NCBI RefSeq assembly: GCF_009914755.1
Contig: NC_060942.1
Source of the DNA: the human T2T-CHM13v2.0 reference genome, Homo sapiens
DNA length: 64,000 nt
Strand: one strand, 5' to 3'
Shown: piece by piece, positions 1-13,779 of the stretch
How the letters are laid out: each line of letters starts with the position of its first letter
How positions within the stretch are numbered: position 1 is the first letter of the stretch
Made by a program: the position numbers and the translations under genes
Notes under the pieces: model-generated
Database searches by the model: none
The model's input: the letters and a program-made list of their open reading frames with translations, nothing else
What the model was told of the DNA's origin: nothing

Positions 1-234
1 CAAAGAACTCTGCTACCACTCTTTTCATTATTCCTCAGTATATAATGTTTCTTTTTTATCCAACATCCTTTAATATATATTTTTTTAATTTTGGTTTTCA
101 GAGCTTTGGCTCTCTCATGCCATTTTATTTAATCATTCATTCATTCACTCATTCATTCATTATATTGTTTGGAGTTCCTCTGATCTTATTGGAATTGTGG
201 GGTTTTTTTTAAGTCTTTTATTGTTTTTGGAAAA

Positions 235-1255
235 TTATTGAGAACATGGGGATAGCCAAAGATTTCTTAAGTAGGATACATAAAGCATGAACACAATGAA
301 AAAAATTAGAAATTGACAAATTTGTTAAAAGTAACAAACACTGGCCTTTGGAAAAACACTACTAAGTGAGGCAAAACCTAAGCCATGAACGGGGAACAGT
401 CCTGTACTGTAATTTGAAAATGGTATAAACTTTCCCAAAAAAGATAATATAAATGACTGAGAGCACATAAAATGTTGCTCAGCCTCATTTATTATAGAAG
501 GATAAATTAAAACCACAATACAGTATCACACTCACTAGAATGAATGAAATTTTAAAAGCTTAGAAGTAAAGATATGAACTGGACCTTTCATATATTTCTG
601 TCAATATAAAATTGAACACTTTATCAAAGATTATTGCCATATTCTAAAAGTTCAATATACACAGGCCACTCAGTAATTCCACTCCTTGGTATGTATGAAA
701 GAGAAATGAAAACAGACCTCCATTCAACATAGAATTTCATATAATCTTATTAATGGCCCCTAATTGGAAACAACCCAAATATCTACCAATTAGCAAATAC
801 TTAAACAAAATGTGATATTCATAAAATTGATTACTACTCATTAATAAACAGCATGAAACTACTAATACATGTAACAACTAGATGAATTTTAAACATATTA
901 TGCTGATTGGAAGAAGCCAGACACGAAAGAGTATATATGCTATGAATCACTTTATATGTATCTCCAGAAAAGACAAATCTAACTGATGATGACAAAAATA
1001 GATCAGTTTTTGCTGAGGCCAGAAATGGAATAGAACTAACTTAAAACATTTAATTTACTTAAATGTAACTAACAAAACAAACATTTTATGTTGATGAAGC
1101 TGCTCAATATCTTGATTATGTATATGGGTGTATATATTTGTATATATACGGGTGTATATATTTGTCAAAACTCATTAAATGTGCAAGTAAATGGTTATTG
1201 TTATGTAACATAACATGATTATTATGTAAATTGTACCTAAATGAAGTAATTTAAC
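235..1255 (+). mobile_element. Old L1 (L1MC/L1ME-like) 3' end fragment
   Basis: Degenerate L1 ORF2-end/3'UTR motifs: caaagatttcttaagtaggataca, gtaattccactccttggtat, tggaaacaacccaaat, gaagccagacacgaaagagtatata. Boundaries approximate. Confidence 0.75.
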
Positions 1256-2317
1256 AAAATCTGTGTACACATTTTGATATTCTATACTGATTTTATATTT
1301 ATATATATATATACACACACACACATACATATGTATATACACATAAACACACCCACACACAATGTTGACTATTTCAGTCAGAACCAATTAATGTATTCTA
1401 TTGATTATTCTATGACTATGAAAACCAAATGGGTTATCATTCAAAAGCTGATCCCTTTTCAACCAATTTCTGCTTTTCCTCACACTGGTGACATTCTCTT
1501 TCACTCTAAATTTCACTGCTTCTAAAACTAATGGATGATGGATGCTTTCTCTGGGCTTCATTCTTTTAAAAAAAAAATCTATAAAAATTTGTTTACTAAT
1601 TTTCCTATTTATTGAGGGAAAAGTAGATATGGAAAATGTCAAAGGAAATATTAAACAAGTAGGTAGGATTTAAAAAAAGATTGAGGAAAGGGAGGGGAAA
1701 TTATTGGCTATTTCACAAACAAAAAAATTAAGTTATGTTCTTATCTAGACAAGATGTACAGGAAAGAGGAAACTAGGTAAAGAATACCAACCGAGTGACA
1801 AAAAGATAGATACTCTACAGCAGTAATAAAGGGTGAATATATTTTTAAAAATTGAAAGAACGTAATTAATATAAATAAATTTTCTTTTCAGAAAATCCTG
1901 AGGCTTCCATACGACCTACAGACAAACAGCAATAAGACGTGGGGCATTCACTCAGAAACTTCTACTGAAGTTGTGCTGACTGTATTGTAAGGGCCCTGAT
2001 CTGACCTACCACCAGTCACTTGTGTCTCCTTGGTCAAGTTGCCTACCCTGTCTGGGATAATGTTATTTCGTCTTCCATTGAAGGGGAGAGATGTTTTCTT
2101 TGAGTCAGGTAAAAATGTTAAAATAAATGTTATGTGAAGAAAAACTTCATAAATTATGGGAAAATAAATCAAAATTTCTACAAATCTTACCTTTCTTTTT
2201 CTACAGTAAATTTAGTTGCTGTAGGGGGTAGTCAAATATAACATATAGCTTTGCTCAGAAAGACACTTTATTTTTAAAGTTTGATTATTAACAGATGCAT
2301 TTTATTTGCCTTATTAA

Positions 2318-2697
<380 letters not shown>

Positions 2698-3726
2698 TTA
2701 TTCTTTAAGATGATAGTTGCCTTTTTATGTATTTGCATGCAGTATTATAATAAAAAGTTGGTCGCTTTTGCTGTAGGCACTTTTATGTGTTCTGAATGTT
2801 CAGTAATGTATAAATATAATAGCTAAAATATTCTGTATTCTTAACTACTAATGGATAAAATGACTGCAAATTTAGAACCTTTCCTGTAGGAGCTTCTAAA
2901 TCTTGGATATTTAGGTCTAGCCACTACTAGGATGATATCTTAATCTGTAGCTTGTCTAGATTGACATTGTAATGGGATTTCACCAAGAAATCCAAAGTGC
3001 CACCTAACAGGTCAACATTTAATTTTCAAGTTCATTTTCAATAATGCAGTTGCTGTACTTCATAGAGGAATTGACCTCAATATTGGCATATATACTAGAA
3101 TAGGGAGTAGATTTAGCACAGCTTGTGTGGAGGTTATGAACAGCCTTACTTTTCTCACTGATGTCCTTTTTAACCTTATGATTTCATTTTGCAATATTTT
3201 TTAATCCTTTTATTGTCAAATTCATATTTTTCTTGATATTTATTCTTAGATTTAGGCTCAAATTAAAAAATTATTTCTCCAATAGTAAAGACACAATATA
3301 TCAAAAACACCTCCTCATAGGTCAAATACAGTTCATTTGTCTCCAACATTCTTAGTCAAACCCAAAATAATAGCAAAAGAATATGGCTCATTTGTGATTC
3401 TTAGTACATGATTCCAAAATTTTTGTGGTGATTTTAGCAATGATTCCAACAATGTTTTTGGGCTCAATGCTGCTAATTATTAAAACAAGTTGCTACTGTG
3501 TCAATAGCATTGTTGATTGTCTTCCATAGTTAGGTAGTTTCAATTATTTTCATACTCTTAGAAGATAATGAAAAATATACATGTATGTATTTTTCTCCTT
3601 GTACTTTCTCTGGATCTATAACCTCTCTGAGTTATTTACCAGCATGAAAGACTTCACATTTGGCTTGACTACTACATTTTCAAATGTGTATAAAGTGTAA
3701 TGTTTGCATCAAAATGTATTCGTGGT

Positions 3727-4037
<311 letters not shown>

Positions 4038-4999
4038 TCATTGTAATATTAACCTTTATAATAATCAATGTGTCTGTGTCATTGGTAAAGACAAGGTAGC
4101 TTGGGATGATCCTATTTCCCAGATTATTGGTAATGACTTTGACTTTCCTGTTCTAGAATATATTTACAGTGTGTTAGTGTCAAGAACAACTCTAACTCTA
4201 GTTTTATTTAATATAGTTGCTAGGAAAATTTATTATAGCATATTGGAAAAAATGGTAGATACCAGGATGACACTGAATTCAATAAGAATATAAATTGAAT
4301 TTTAGAAGCCTTCATTTATCCAAAAAATTTCTCTTTCATGCTTAGAGATCATTTAATTCAAGATTCTTATTTTAAAGATAAGCAAAATGAAGCCCTTAAT
4401 TATATAATTGAGTTTGTAAAAGCCAAGCCAATTAGTCATTGGTAGGGTAGCATTTTGGACAATTGTATCTTAGTTCTAACTCCAAGGTTACTAGTAATTA
4501 TGTGCAAAACACAACTTTGGAACTCTGTAAAAAAGAGTACTACTTTTCTTCAAAAATATAATTTTAAATTCAAAGTTGAATTACTTGAAGACAAATGCTG
4601 AAAAGTACAAAAGGATGGCAAATATTTTGAAATAATTTCTAGAAAGTCCATCTGAATTTGAAAAACTTGTGATCATCTATGGCTAAGAGTTAAAATACAT
4701 CAAAAGAGAATTTGAATTATAACTAATGTATGCTTTAACTACACTACTTTGTAGAAAAATTTTCGAACATTAAATTGACTTTCAGTGGAGAGAGAATTCA
4801 ATTCAGTGCCTACTGCTATTTACTCTAATGAATCAGCAGTACTACAGCAAATTTACAAATCTATTTTTTTGCCACAGAAATCAACAATTAAAAACACCTT
4901 CTATAATGTTTTATTTTATTTACTTACATAAAAGGAAAATTTGTTTTAAAAACTGGGTGAATAATTTATCTAATATTAATGCACAATATAAGGTTAATA

Positions 5000-5100
5000 A
5001 ATTATAAGCTCCATGGTGATGCTGTTTATGTGTGTTTTGCTATTTTATCTGTGATGTCTAGTACTGAATAACTACCTGCTGAACAAATGGATGAATTAAT
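5000..5100 (+). mobile_element. L2 3' end fragment
   Basis: ataagctccatgg...gtctagtact...gctgaacaaatggatgaat resembles the L2 3' terminus. Confidence 0.45.
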
Positions 5101-5494
5101 TTATCCAATAAGCACTAAGTGTTTCCCTAATATATTCCAATTTCAGCCAGAGCAATGCTACCAATCCTAACAGAACACATTCCTTACCTCATAATTCTTC
5201 TAGTAGTCTCAGAAGTCAAAGGAAAACAGAAGTGTACAGAGGCAGGTATATCTAGCAAATATGTCCCCCCAATTTTAGGTGACATGCATTTTTGAAAACT
5301 ATACTTGTGAGTAACAAATCTGAGCTACACAAGAACAAAAGAAGACTTCTGTTTTGACTTTTTCTCTATTATTTCCAGCAGTAGACTTTACTAGGGAATA
5401 AAATATATTTAATGACTATTAAATCTGCTTAATTGTATCACAGTATAAGTAAAGAAAGATGGTTTGGGGTTTATGTGGGAAGGTGGGAAAGATA

Positions 5495-5922
5495 TTTGTT
5501 GCCTATTGGTGTTCTAAAAAATTGCCACAAGCTTTGCAGCTTAAACAACAGAGATGTACAGTTCAGTGGGCAGGAGCTCTGACAGGACTATCACTGGACT
5601 AATGTCAAGGTACCAGCAAGGCTGTGTTCATTCTGGAGGTTTCAGAGGAACATATGTTTCCTTGTCTTTTTTTCCAGCTTCTAGAAGCTGTCTAATACTT
5701 AGCTCATGGCATCGCACATTACATCACCTTTTCTGACTGATACTCTTGACTTAACTTTTATAAAGCTGCTTTTAGTTACAATGGGTTCCAGGATAATCTT
5801 ATCTTAAAATATCCAACTTAATCTCACCCGTAAAGTTCCATTTACCATGTAAGATAATATACTCACAACTCTTGGGATTAGGGGAGGGACATCTGTGGAA
5901 TGCCATTGCTTTGCCTACCACA
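5495..5922 (-). mobile_element. MLT1 (MaLR) solo LTR, MLT1C/D-like
   Basis: gcttaaacaacagaga, caaggctgtgttcattctggagg, ccagcttctagaagctg; ends gcctaccaca, the reverse complement of the TGTGG LTR start. Confidence 0.8.
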
Positions 5923-6408
5923 GAAATAAAATAATCCACCACGAAACTATGAATAAGAAAGTCTGAAAAATGATCCGTTTGGCCTCTCTCTGCCAGCAAT
6001 CATAGCCATGTCTATGCATGTGTGGGACACAGCTATGTAACTGAATTTATTTGGCCTCTTAAGATCTCAGTTTATTCGTGGTAAAATTTTGGATGACAAT
6101 TGAATTTTATAATTAGGAGCATACAACTTGTGAGTGAGTTATCTGTCACTGAGTTAACTGTCACTGAAAGTGTTTTCACAAATATTTAAAGAAGATTTAT
6201 ACCTAGGTGGGAGGGGTAGACTACAAGATCTATATAAAATGTTACATCCAGTGATTTCTGAGATTTATTATTAATTTCTATTATACAATTTGTGGATATC
6301 AACTGGTTTGATGAAAAACATTACTTTGTAAAACTTATTTAAATGGTTACTACCATACGATTTGTTTATTTTTTATGATGTGATTAGTTGTTAAAATACA
6401 CCACTTGG

Positions 6409-6710
6409 GGCCAGCCACAGTGGCTTATGCTTGTAATTGCAGCACTTTGGGAGGCCAAGGCGGGCAGATCGTGTGAGGTCAGGAGTTCGAGACTAGCCTA
6501 GCCAACATAGCGAAATCGCGTCTCTACTAAAAGTACAAAAATTAGCTGGGCATGGTGGCAGGCGCCTGTAATCCCAGCTACTCAGTAGGCTGAGGCAGGA
6601 TAATAGCTTGAACCCAGGAGGCGGAGGTTGCAGTAAGCCGAGGTTGCGTCACTGCACTCCATCCTGGGCGACAAGAGTGAGATTCCGTCTCTAAGTAAAT
6701 AAATAAATAC
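6409..6710 (+). mobile_element. AluS (Sx/Sq-like)
   Basis: Dimeric Alu with TAAA-type tail; TSD ataca(c/a)cacttgg on both sides. Confidence 0.93.
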
Positions 6711-8034
6711 ATACAACACTTGGAAAAGTAGATATGGCAATATTGCTTTTTAAATTTGTTAATGCTAAAAGTACCCATTCTAATGAATGAGCTATCAATA
6801 ATCACAGAAAGTATGACTTTTTCCCTTTATTTTCTATCTTTATTCCCTTTATTTTCTACTTTTCTTCCCTTTATCTTTCTAAATTTATCTACCTTTACAT
6901 TTAATGTGATTTAACTGAATATCTGCGTAGCATATTATGTGCAAAGCCTTGTTGTAAGCATTGTGAGGAAGCGTCGAAATGAAAATACAAGGTGATTCAT
7001 ATACCAAAAGATTAGAATCATATTTTGCATGCTTATTCATAAAACAGAAACTCAATCCCCTCCTTCTTCTGATTAATCAGGCAGTATTCCAAAGCCAAAA
7101 ATGCAGTAACTATCAGAATTGCTTTAGCTACTTCTTAGATTGTTGTGAGGCAATTTCATGTTATCTGTCTCATTTTTAGAAATGGAATTTATATTAACAA
7201 AGTTTACAGTTTAACATTATTATCTACACTTCTATTAAAATATATAACCATACTGATTTTGTCAGATTCAAGAAGGATGTTTTGTGGAACCCATAAATGG
7301 GAAAATAGGTATAAATACAAAATTAGAGTTAATGCTATACTTTATATGAGTTCATTCTAGTAGAAAAGCTTAATACTTGTTACAAAGTATTATATCTTCA
7401 GGATTCTAACAATTATATCAATAACTCTTTGTGAAACATTTCTCTAGTGACTCTTACAATAAAATTTAACACAATTTTTAATTAATTTGTACATGTTTAA
7501 AAATATGTTTATCTTTAAACATTTTTATTTTTTTAACTTGAAGGGGTGTAAATCAAGTTTAATTATTAACGTTTTATATTTCCTTTTGTTTTTTCTGCAT
7601 TAGAAAATCCTTGCTTCCAAGGAAAACAAATAATAAAGAATAACATTTTTAAAAAATACGCATTTAAAACATCAAAACTGATCGTTGGTTCCTCTGCATG
7701 CTGCTGTTGATTCTCTGGAGGCTGAAGACTTAAATGACACTGATTATACCTGTTACTCTAATGCATTATTCATGAAATTGGTGATGGAACATCTTGAAAC
7801 AGCCTGTCATTTTCCATTACATTCCATCAAAGAACCATATGCTGCTCTCACAGTATATTGATAGTGAGGCATACATAACATACTCAGAAAAGCATATGGG
7901 GGCATTATAGGCTTTCTGATGAGCCTTTGAAAATACTTATTCAGTGCTTTGAATGGCTTATGTGATTATGCAGTGCTTTGACCACCAAATTTCAACAAAG
8001 GAGGCAATAGATAGCCATCTATCTCCTCAGCAAC

Positions 8035-8215
8035 ATTCTGGCTTATTACTAGCTATGAACCTTAAGGCTTCAGACCACTGAAGCTTTATTGACCTTTTTC
8101 TCCAGCTTTCAAATGGGGTTAACAAGGTGGTTGTGAAAATGAAATATAATAAAACTATGTAAATCCTATCACTGTCTATCAGAATAATGATGGTCAATAC
8201 ATGCTAATTGTATTT
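8035..8215 (+). mobile_element. MIR fragment
   Basis: ttactagctatgaacctt, aaatgggg, ggttgtgaaaatgaaatataataa match the MIR core and 3' part. Confidence 0.55.
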
Positions 8216-9548
8216 GCTAGATTTCTAGCCTGCAGACATTAAGAACAGAGGCATAAAATAATGTTCAAAGAGGTAAAATATGCTTTACAATTATAATTAA
8301 CAGAAACTATGCATGTTGGTTTTATTGGGGAGCAATCAACATTAACTTATTTCTTTTCCATAACTTAGAATATTAGCCAATAGACCATTTATTTAATATA
8401 TAAAGTATCTTCATGGACATAAGCTTTTGACAATTTTTTAAACCTAGCGTCTTTCAGCTATACTGGAGACTTTCTTCTGGTTTGTCAGTGCCATGTGCTA
8501 TTGGATGATAACATTTAGTTCTATGACTGTATTACCCTGAAAAATGTGATGCTACATTTTTATCGGCAGGAAACACAGAGCAGGTTTTGATTATTAAAAA
8601 AGAAAACTTATTTCTCTTCACCCTTCTTTTGATGATGAGTTAATAATGGTCGCAAATAATTCATATGCAGCTGGCCCTCTACCTAAGCACATTAAAGATT
8701 TACTGGTTTAAGATTAAGGATATAATCAATATCTTCAGACATGCAATATCCTTAAAACTTAACAGAGTTATCACAACTTTGCATTTTGGGGATATTCTCA
8801 TTTCTTTTGTAGGAAAAATTGAATAAAATCTCACCATATGGGAAACATAAAATCTAAAAATAAACAGACGAATTTCTTTAGTGACAATGTGGAAAGACAA
8901 CTTATCTGCTAATAATGCAAAGCTCAAATGGTGGATTTGCAAAGACTTAATAGGTTAAAATCAGAGGATAAGTATTGATTTTGGAGAAAATACTTGGATT
9001 TTGAGTTTAAGACCAGCCTGGCTTCTAATAGAAAAAACTTTTGAAAAAATAAATTTTAAAATCAGAAAGGTAACATTAATGAAATTACAAATAGTATTTA
9101 CAGCACTTTTTCACTAAAAACTGTTACTCCGAATGAATCACTGGCATTTAGCAGACAGATTAGGGAGTTATGGCTCAACTTGAGATAAAGACAATGGATT
9201 GTTTACCAATCTTTGACAATGCAATTGACCCCAAAGAATCTATATATATTGAAATATATTTTATTTAAAAAGTGATTTTAAAGTTATTATATTCAATTAC
9301 CAAAAAGTGAAAGAAAATATTGTATTTTAACGTCATGATGCATAGTAAGAATAACATAACTAGAGGAAAGAATCAACGAATGTATATGTCTATGTATACA
9401 TGTGTGTATACACACATATTACATTATATATAGTAATATATATTATAATACATAACACATCACAATATATAACATATTATAATATATAACATGTGCAATA
9501 CATATGTGTTATATTATATGTGCTGAATATATTATAACTGAATATATA

Positions 9549-9600
9549 TTAGGTCATTGCAAAAATGGCAAAAACCACAATTAGTTTTGCACCAACCTAA
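9549..9600. mobile_element. MADE1 (Hsmar1-derived MITE), internally deleted
   Basis: ttagg...gcaaaa then atggcaaaaaccacaattagttttgcaccaacctaa, the right Hsmar1 TIR; flanked by TA at 9547-9548 and 9601-9602. Confidence 0.85.
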
Positions 9601-9883
9601 TATACACACAGCAACTTTTTCTGAAAATAAAGCAAGAGATAAGGGAGCTCAACTTGTTTTAAGAAATAAGCATCACCCTTCCTCCCATATATGTGTGTGT
9701 GTGTGAATGTGTGTGTATATGCATGTATACATTTACCTTGTATATTTGTTCATAACATGTTTTACAGTACAGAAATTTGTAATTATTTTATACTTGGAGC
9801 AGTCTTTTATTTTTTCATTTTAGCCTGCAGAATAATCCTTAGGAAGTCCAACTCAATATTTGCAATTCTATTAAAAATTGATC

Positions 9884-9937
9884 ACATGTACCCTAAAACT
9901 TAAAGTATAATAATAATAAATAAATAAATAAATAAAT
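9884..9937 (+). mobile_element. Extremely 5'-truncated young L1PA 3' terminus with (TAAA)n tail
   Basis: acatgtaccctaaaacttaaagtataataa is the L1PA 3' end; TSD aaaaattgatc at 9873-9883 and 9938-9948. Confidence 0.8.
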
Positions 9938-10284
9938 AAAAATTGATCTGTGTAATATTACTGAAATGTTTCAATTTTTTTAGTTTAACCTGTATATTAA
10001 CTGGATATTATTTTTTAGAAAACACAGGTGAACTAATCAAAGTTAATTTTTCTTCATAGTCACTTTGTGGACTTTGAGTTCTGTTTAACAAATTAATGTT
10101 TCATCATAATAAGTTGCATTTAACATAAAGTATAATGTTATTATCTACTTGATCAGTACTCTCTGAGAGATCACAATTCATATATTTTCAAATTAATCCT
10201 AATATGCATTAGAAAAACAAATTTATTTTTATATAAATTTATATTTTATATAAAGTAAGAAAAACAATTCAGAAGCATTTTGAC

Positions 10285-10346
10285 AAATTGCATTGCATAA
10301 GACAGTAATTAGAAAAAAATTGCATTGCATAAGACAGTAATTAGAA
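10285..10346. repeat. Perfect 30-bp direct duplication (period 32)
   Basis: aaattgcattgcataagacagtaattagaa at 10285-10314 and 10317-10346. Confidence 0.95.
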
Positions 10347-10581
10347 TGTTTTTAAGCAATCTTTAATTTAATTTTATTTTTTTCAGCTTTGACTTGTAGT
10401 TTTTGCACGTGGCCACTTCCTTTATGATATTCTTCTCAAATGCTGGTGATTGTTATGCTGTTCATTTTATTTGGCTGTTCTGTGTAAGGTAACATGCTTC
10501 TAATGATTGTGTAGAAAGACAGAGAGATATGGACCCTTGATTTATTTCTCAGAAGATTTTTTATATGATAGTGATAGCCCC

Positions 10582-10932
10582 TATATGGTTTGGCTATGTC
10601 TCCACCCAAATCTCAACTTGAATAGTATCTAGCAGAATTCCCACGTGTTGTGGGAGGGACCCAGGGGGAGTTAATTGAATCATGGGGCTGATCTTTCCTG
10701 TGCTATTCTCGATAGTAAATAAGTCACATGAGATCTGATGGGTTTATCAAGCGTTTCTGCTTTTGCTTCTTCCTCATTTTTCTCTTGCTGCCACCATGTA
10801 AGAAGTGCCTTTCACCTCCTGCCATGTTTCTGAGGCTTCCCCAGCCATGTGGAACTGTAAGTCCAATTAAACCTCTTTTTCTTCCCAGTCTCAGGTATGT
10901 CTTTATCAGCAGTGTGAAAACAAATGAATACA
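10582..10932 (+). mobile_element. THE1A-like MaLR solo LTR
   Basis: tatatggtttggctatgtctccacccaaatctcaacttgaa...aataca; 5-bp TSD gcccc at 10577-10581 and 10933-10937. Confidence 0.92.
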
Positions 10933-11099
10933 GCCCCCATTCATTTTGGCAGCCAGTGGCTACCTTCTGACATTGTCCTGCCTTTTTGACTGCTGAGTAT
11001 AAAGTCACTGCTATATTTTGAGGTCAAACATTAAAGTTGCCTATATTACAGCCTTATTTTCATGACGAATGTTGGGTATTTCCATATGCCTCTCTCTGC

Positions 11100-11770
11100 A
11101 ATTATTTAGGTTATTAAATTTTTTTTCTCTTGTATTTAACATGAGGATCTTCATTGAATAATTTAAGAATATTAAGCTAACCTCATAATCTCAAGATAAG
11201 ATCAACATGGTCATAACATATTATTCTTTGCATATATTGTTGTATTTATTTTGACAATATTTTCTTAATAATTTTTAGATCTACATTCATGAAGAATGTT
11301 AGTATATAATATCTTTTGTATTGCTATATCAGTGATCAGTATGAGGATTAAGTTGACATCTTAAAACAAGTTAGACTATTTCCCTACTCCATATTGTCTG
11401 AAAAACTTAATATTTTTGTTTAATTTCCTTAAATATTTAATAAAATTTACCAGAAAAAAATAGAAATTTGGATTTTAAGTCAGAATTTAATTTAATACAT
11501 GTTGGGTTATTTAAATTTGATTTATATTGTGTCTTTTTGAAAAATGGTTATGAAAAAAGACATAAAACACACAGTTTTCCATATTACCATATTTCCATAC
11601 TACAATTTTAAAGTGTATGAATCAGTAGAATGCGGTGTATTCACAATGTTGTTCCATAATATTTTCAACACTCCAAAAGGGAACCTCATATCCACGAACC
11701 ACTCACTCCCCACTCTCCCCTCAACCCAGCCCCAGACAAACTTTCACTTGGTTGCTGTAGCCTTTGGTCA
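11100..11770 (-). mobile_element. Old L1M fragments (ORF2 part and a 3'UTR piece)
   Basis: ctacattcatgaagaatgttagtatataat; aaagtgtatgaatcagtag...cactccaaaagggaacctcatatcc...ccagccccagacaa. Boundaries approximate. Confidence 0.55.
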
Positions 11771-13779
11771 TCTGCCAGAGTCTGGCAACATTGATTCTGA
11801 AAATTTTGCTTGATTCTTTGATGTTAAGGACAGGCTTATGTTTCCATTTTTCCATAACTATTTCTTGACTTTAATTTCAATGACAATAATACCTCACATT
11901 TCAGAAATCATTAGAATTTAGAATATAATTTTATTTTATTTTTTATTTTAATTCTTATATATTACTCACAGTTACTACAAAATTTAATGAAATCCAATAA
12001 AAATTAATGAAACCCATTCTGTGAGATTGAGATTTGTCTGCAGAGACAAATGAAAGAGGAAAACGAATAACATTTATTGGGTACCTTCTATGTTCCAAAG
12101 AGTATACTAGGAGATGTACCCTGTTTCTTTCTTTATCACATGGAATTTAAATGGATTTCAATCTCAGAATTTTCATACAATTTTAACATAACTTCCTCCT
12201 AAACAACAAATTTCACTTAAGCAATACCTAGTTTTCAACTTGTTTTCATGAAATAGGTATAACTTGCATTGTATAGTTAAGAAACTAATGTACACATATT
12301 TGGAAGGTTATGTCTTGATCACGAGGGGAAGATGAAAACTTAGTGAAGTTAAAGTTTAAAGGTACATCTTCTGAATTCTACAAAAAAATGCAGTTTCTAC
12401 TTCACCATCATGATTTTCTGTGCACTTTTGCAAAGGCACACATGTATGTATCCCCCTAACATATCTACACACCACTTACACCCTAAGCCTTACAAAGAAC
12501 GTTCATGTACATTCATTTAATCAGTTGACTGACTAAGATGCAATCGGGTCTTCTGGCTTTAAGGGGGCTTTATTTTTAAAACAAAATCCAAAAAAAAAAA
12601 AAAGGAGTGCCTGCTATGTTCTGCACTTCTTCCTTCATTCTATACATCATTACTTAGAAGAGTAAAAATGGCTGAATCTGCCATTAAGCAATGAGTGGTG
12701 ATGGACCAACAGTATTGTTAGGCTAACAACATTTCTTTGCTTTGTGATAACAAGATGATTTGTCCAAGAGTTGTGTGTATAAGTTTAAGAGTAGCTAATT
12801 ATCACTGAATTTTCAGGGAATTTATGTCACTGAATATTTAATAATTTCTAAGAAAAAAAAAAGCAGCATACAACTTGAAATATACTTATTTGATATTTGA
12901 TAGTCTTTATAGGGTACTATTTTTTCAAACCAAAGTGGGGAAGAAAAGCTTTTGATTTCTAATTTGATTTTGAAGTGGTAATGCCTCAGCCAGTAAAAGT
13001 GTCAGCTTCATGGTGTGTAATGCAGTGATGAACATGAAATGTAATAGTGAAAAGATGTTTCTTGGGCTCTTCATTATAAATATTGTATAAATGTTGACCT
13101 CTACCCAGCCCCTTGGAGATTTACGTGTCTGTTTGAATATCCTAGACAGATTTTGTCATATCACTATATTCTCATATGTGCCTTTTGAAATTGTGCTCTT
13201 AAAAATGACACCATTTATGAGACTCATAAAGAATGTGAGTTCTCTGGAGTTTTAGGTGATTCTAGTGAAATATTGAAAAGCATGCCATATTAAATATACT
13301 AGCACTAGAACTTTCCTCGAGGCAGTTAGATAAGAGGTTTAAGAAGTATTTAAACATCAAATCAGCTAGCCTTCTAAGTACCTCCTAAATATAGAAAAAG
13401 GAATACATGGAGATTTAGTATTTAACTAACTTGCATTCACATGATTGTGTTTCTACTTCAAATAGCTTTTAAGATATTTTCCCTAACTTTTTCATAAAGC
13501 TTCATCATTTAATAAAATTAAGCAATGGATAACATTTATGAAACTAGTCTTTTCCCCTTCCATGTATTATCCCTTCTTTTGCTCTTATGTTAAGCTTATT
13601 AATGCCATAAGAAGTGGAACAATGGGAGATATTATAGAAATCTTTCAAACCAGAAAGCTACTTAAACACTATTATTTATTGAAATGATACTGTGTCAAGT
13701 GGTGTCAGCACTTTTGAGGTCAGAAGCAGAGGTAATAGACAAATAACCTCATCTTAATCATAAGGTATTTTGGATACAT

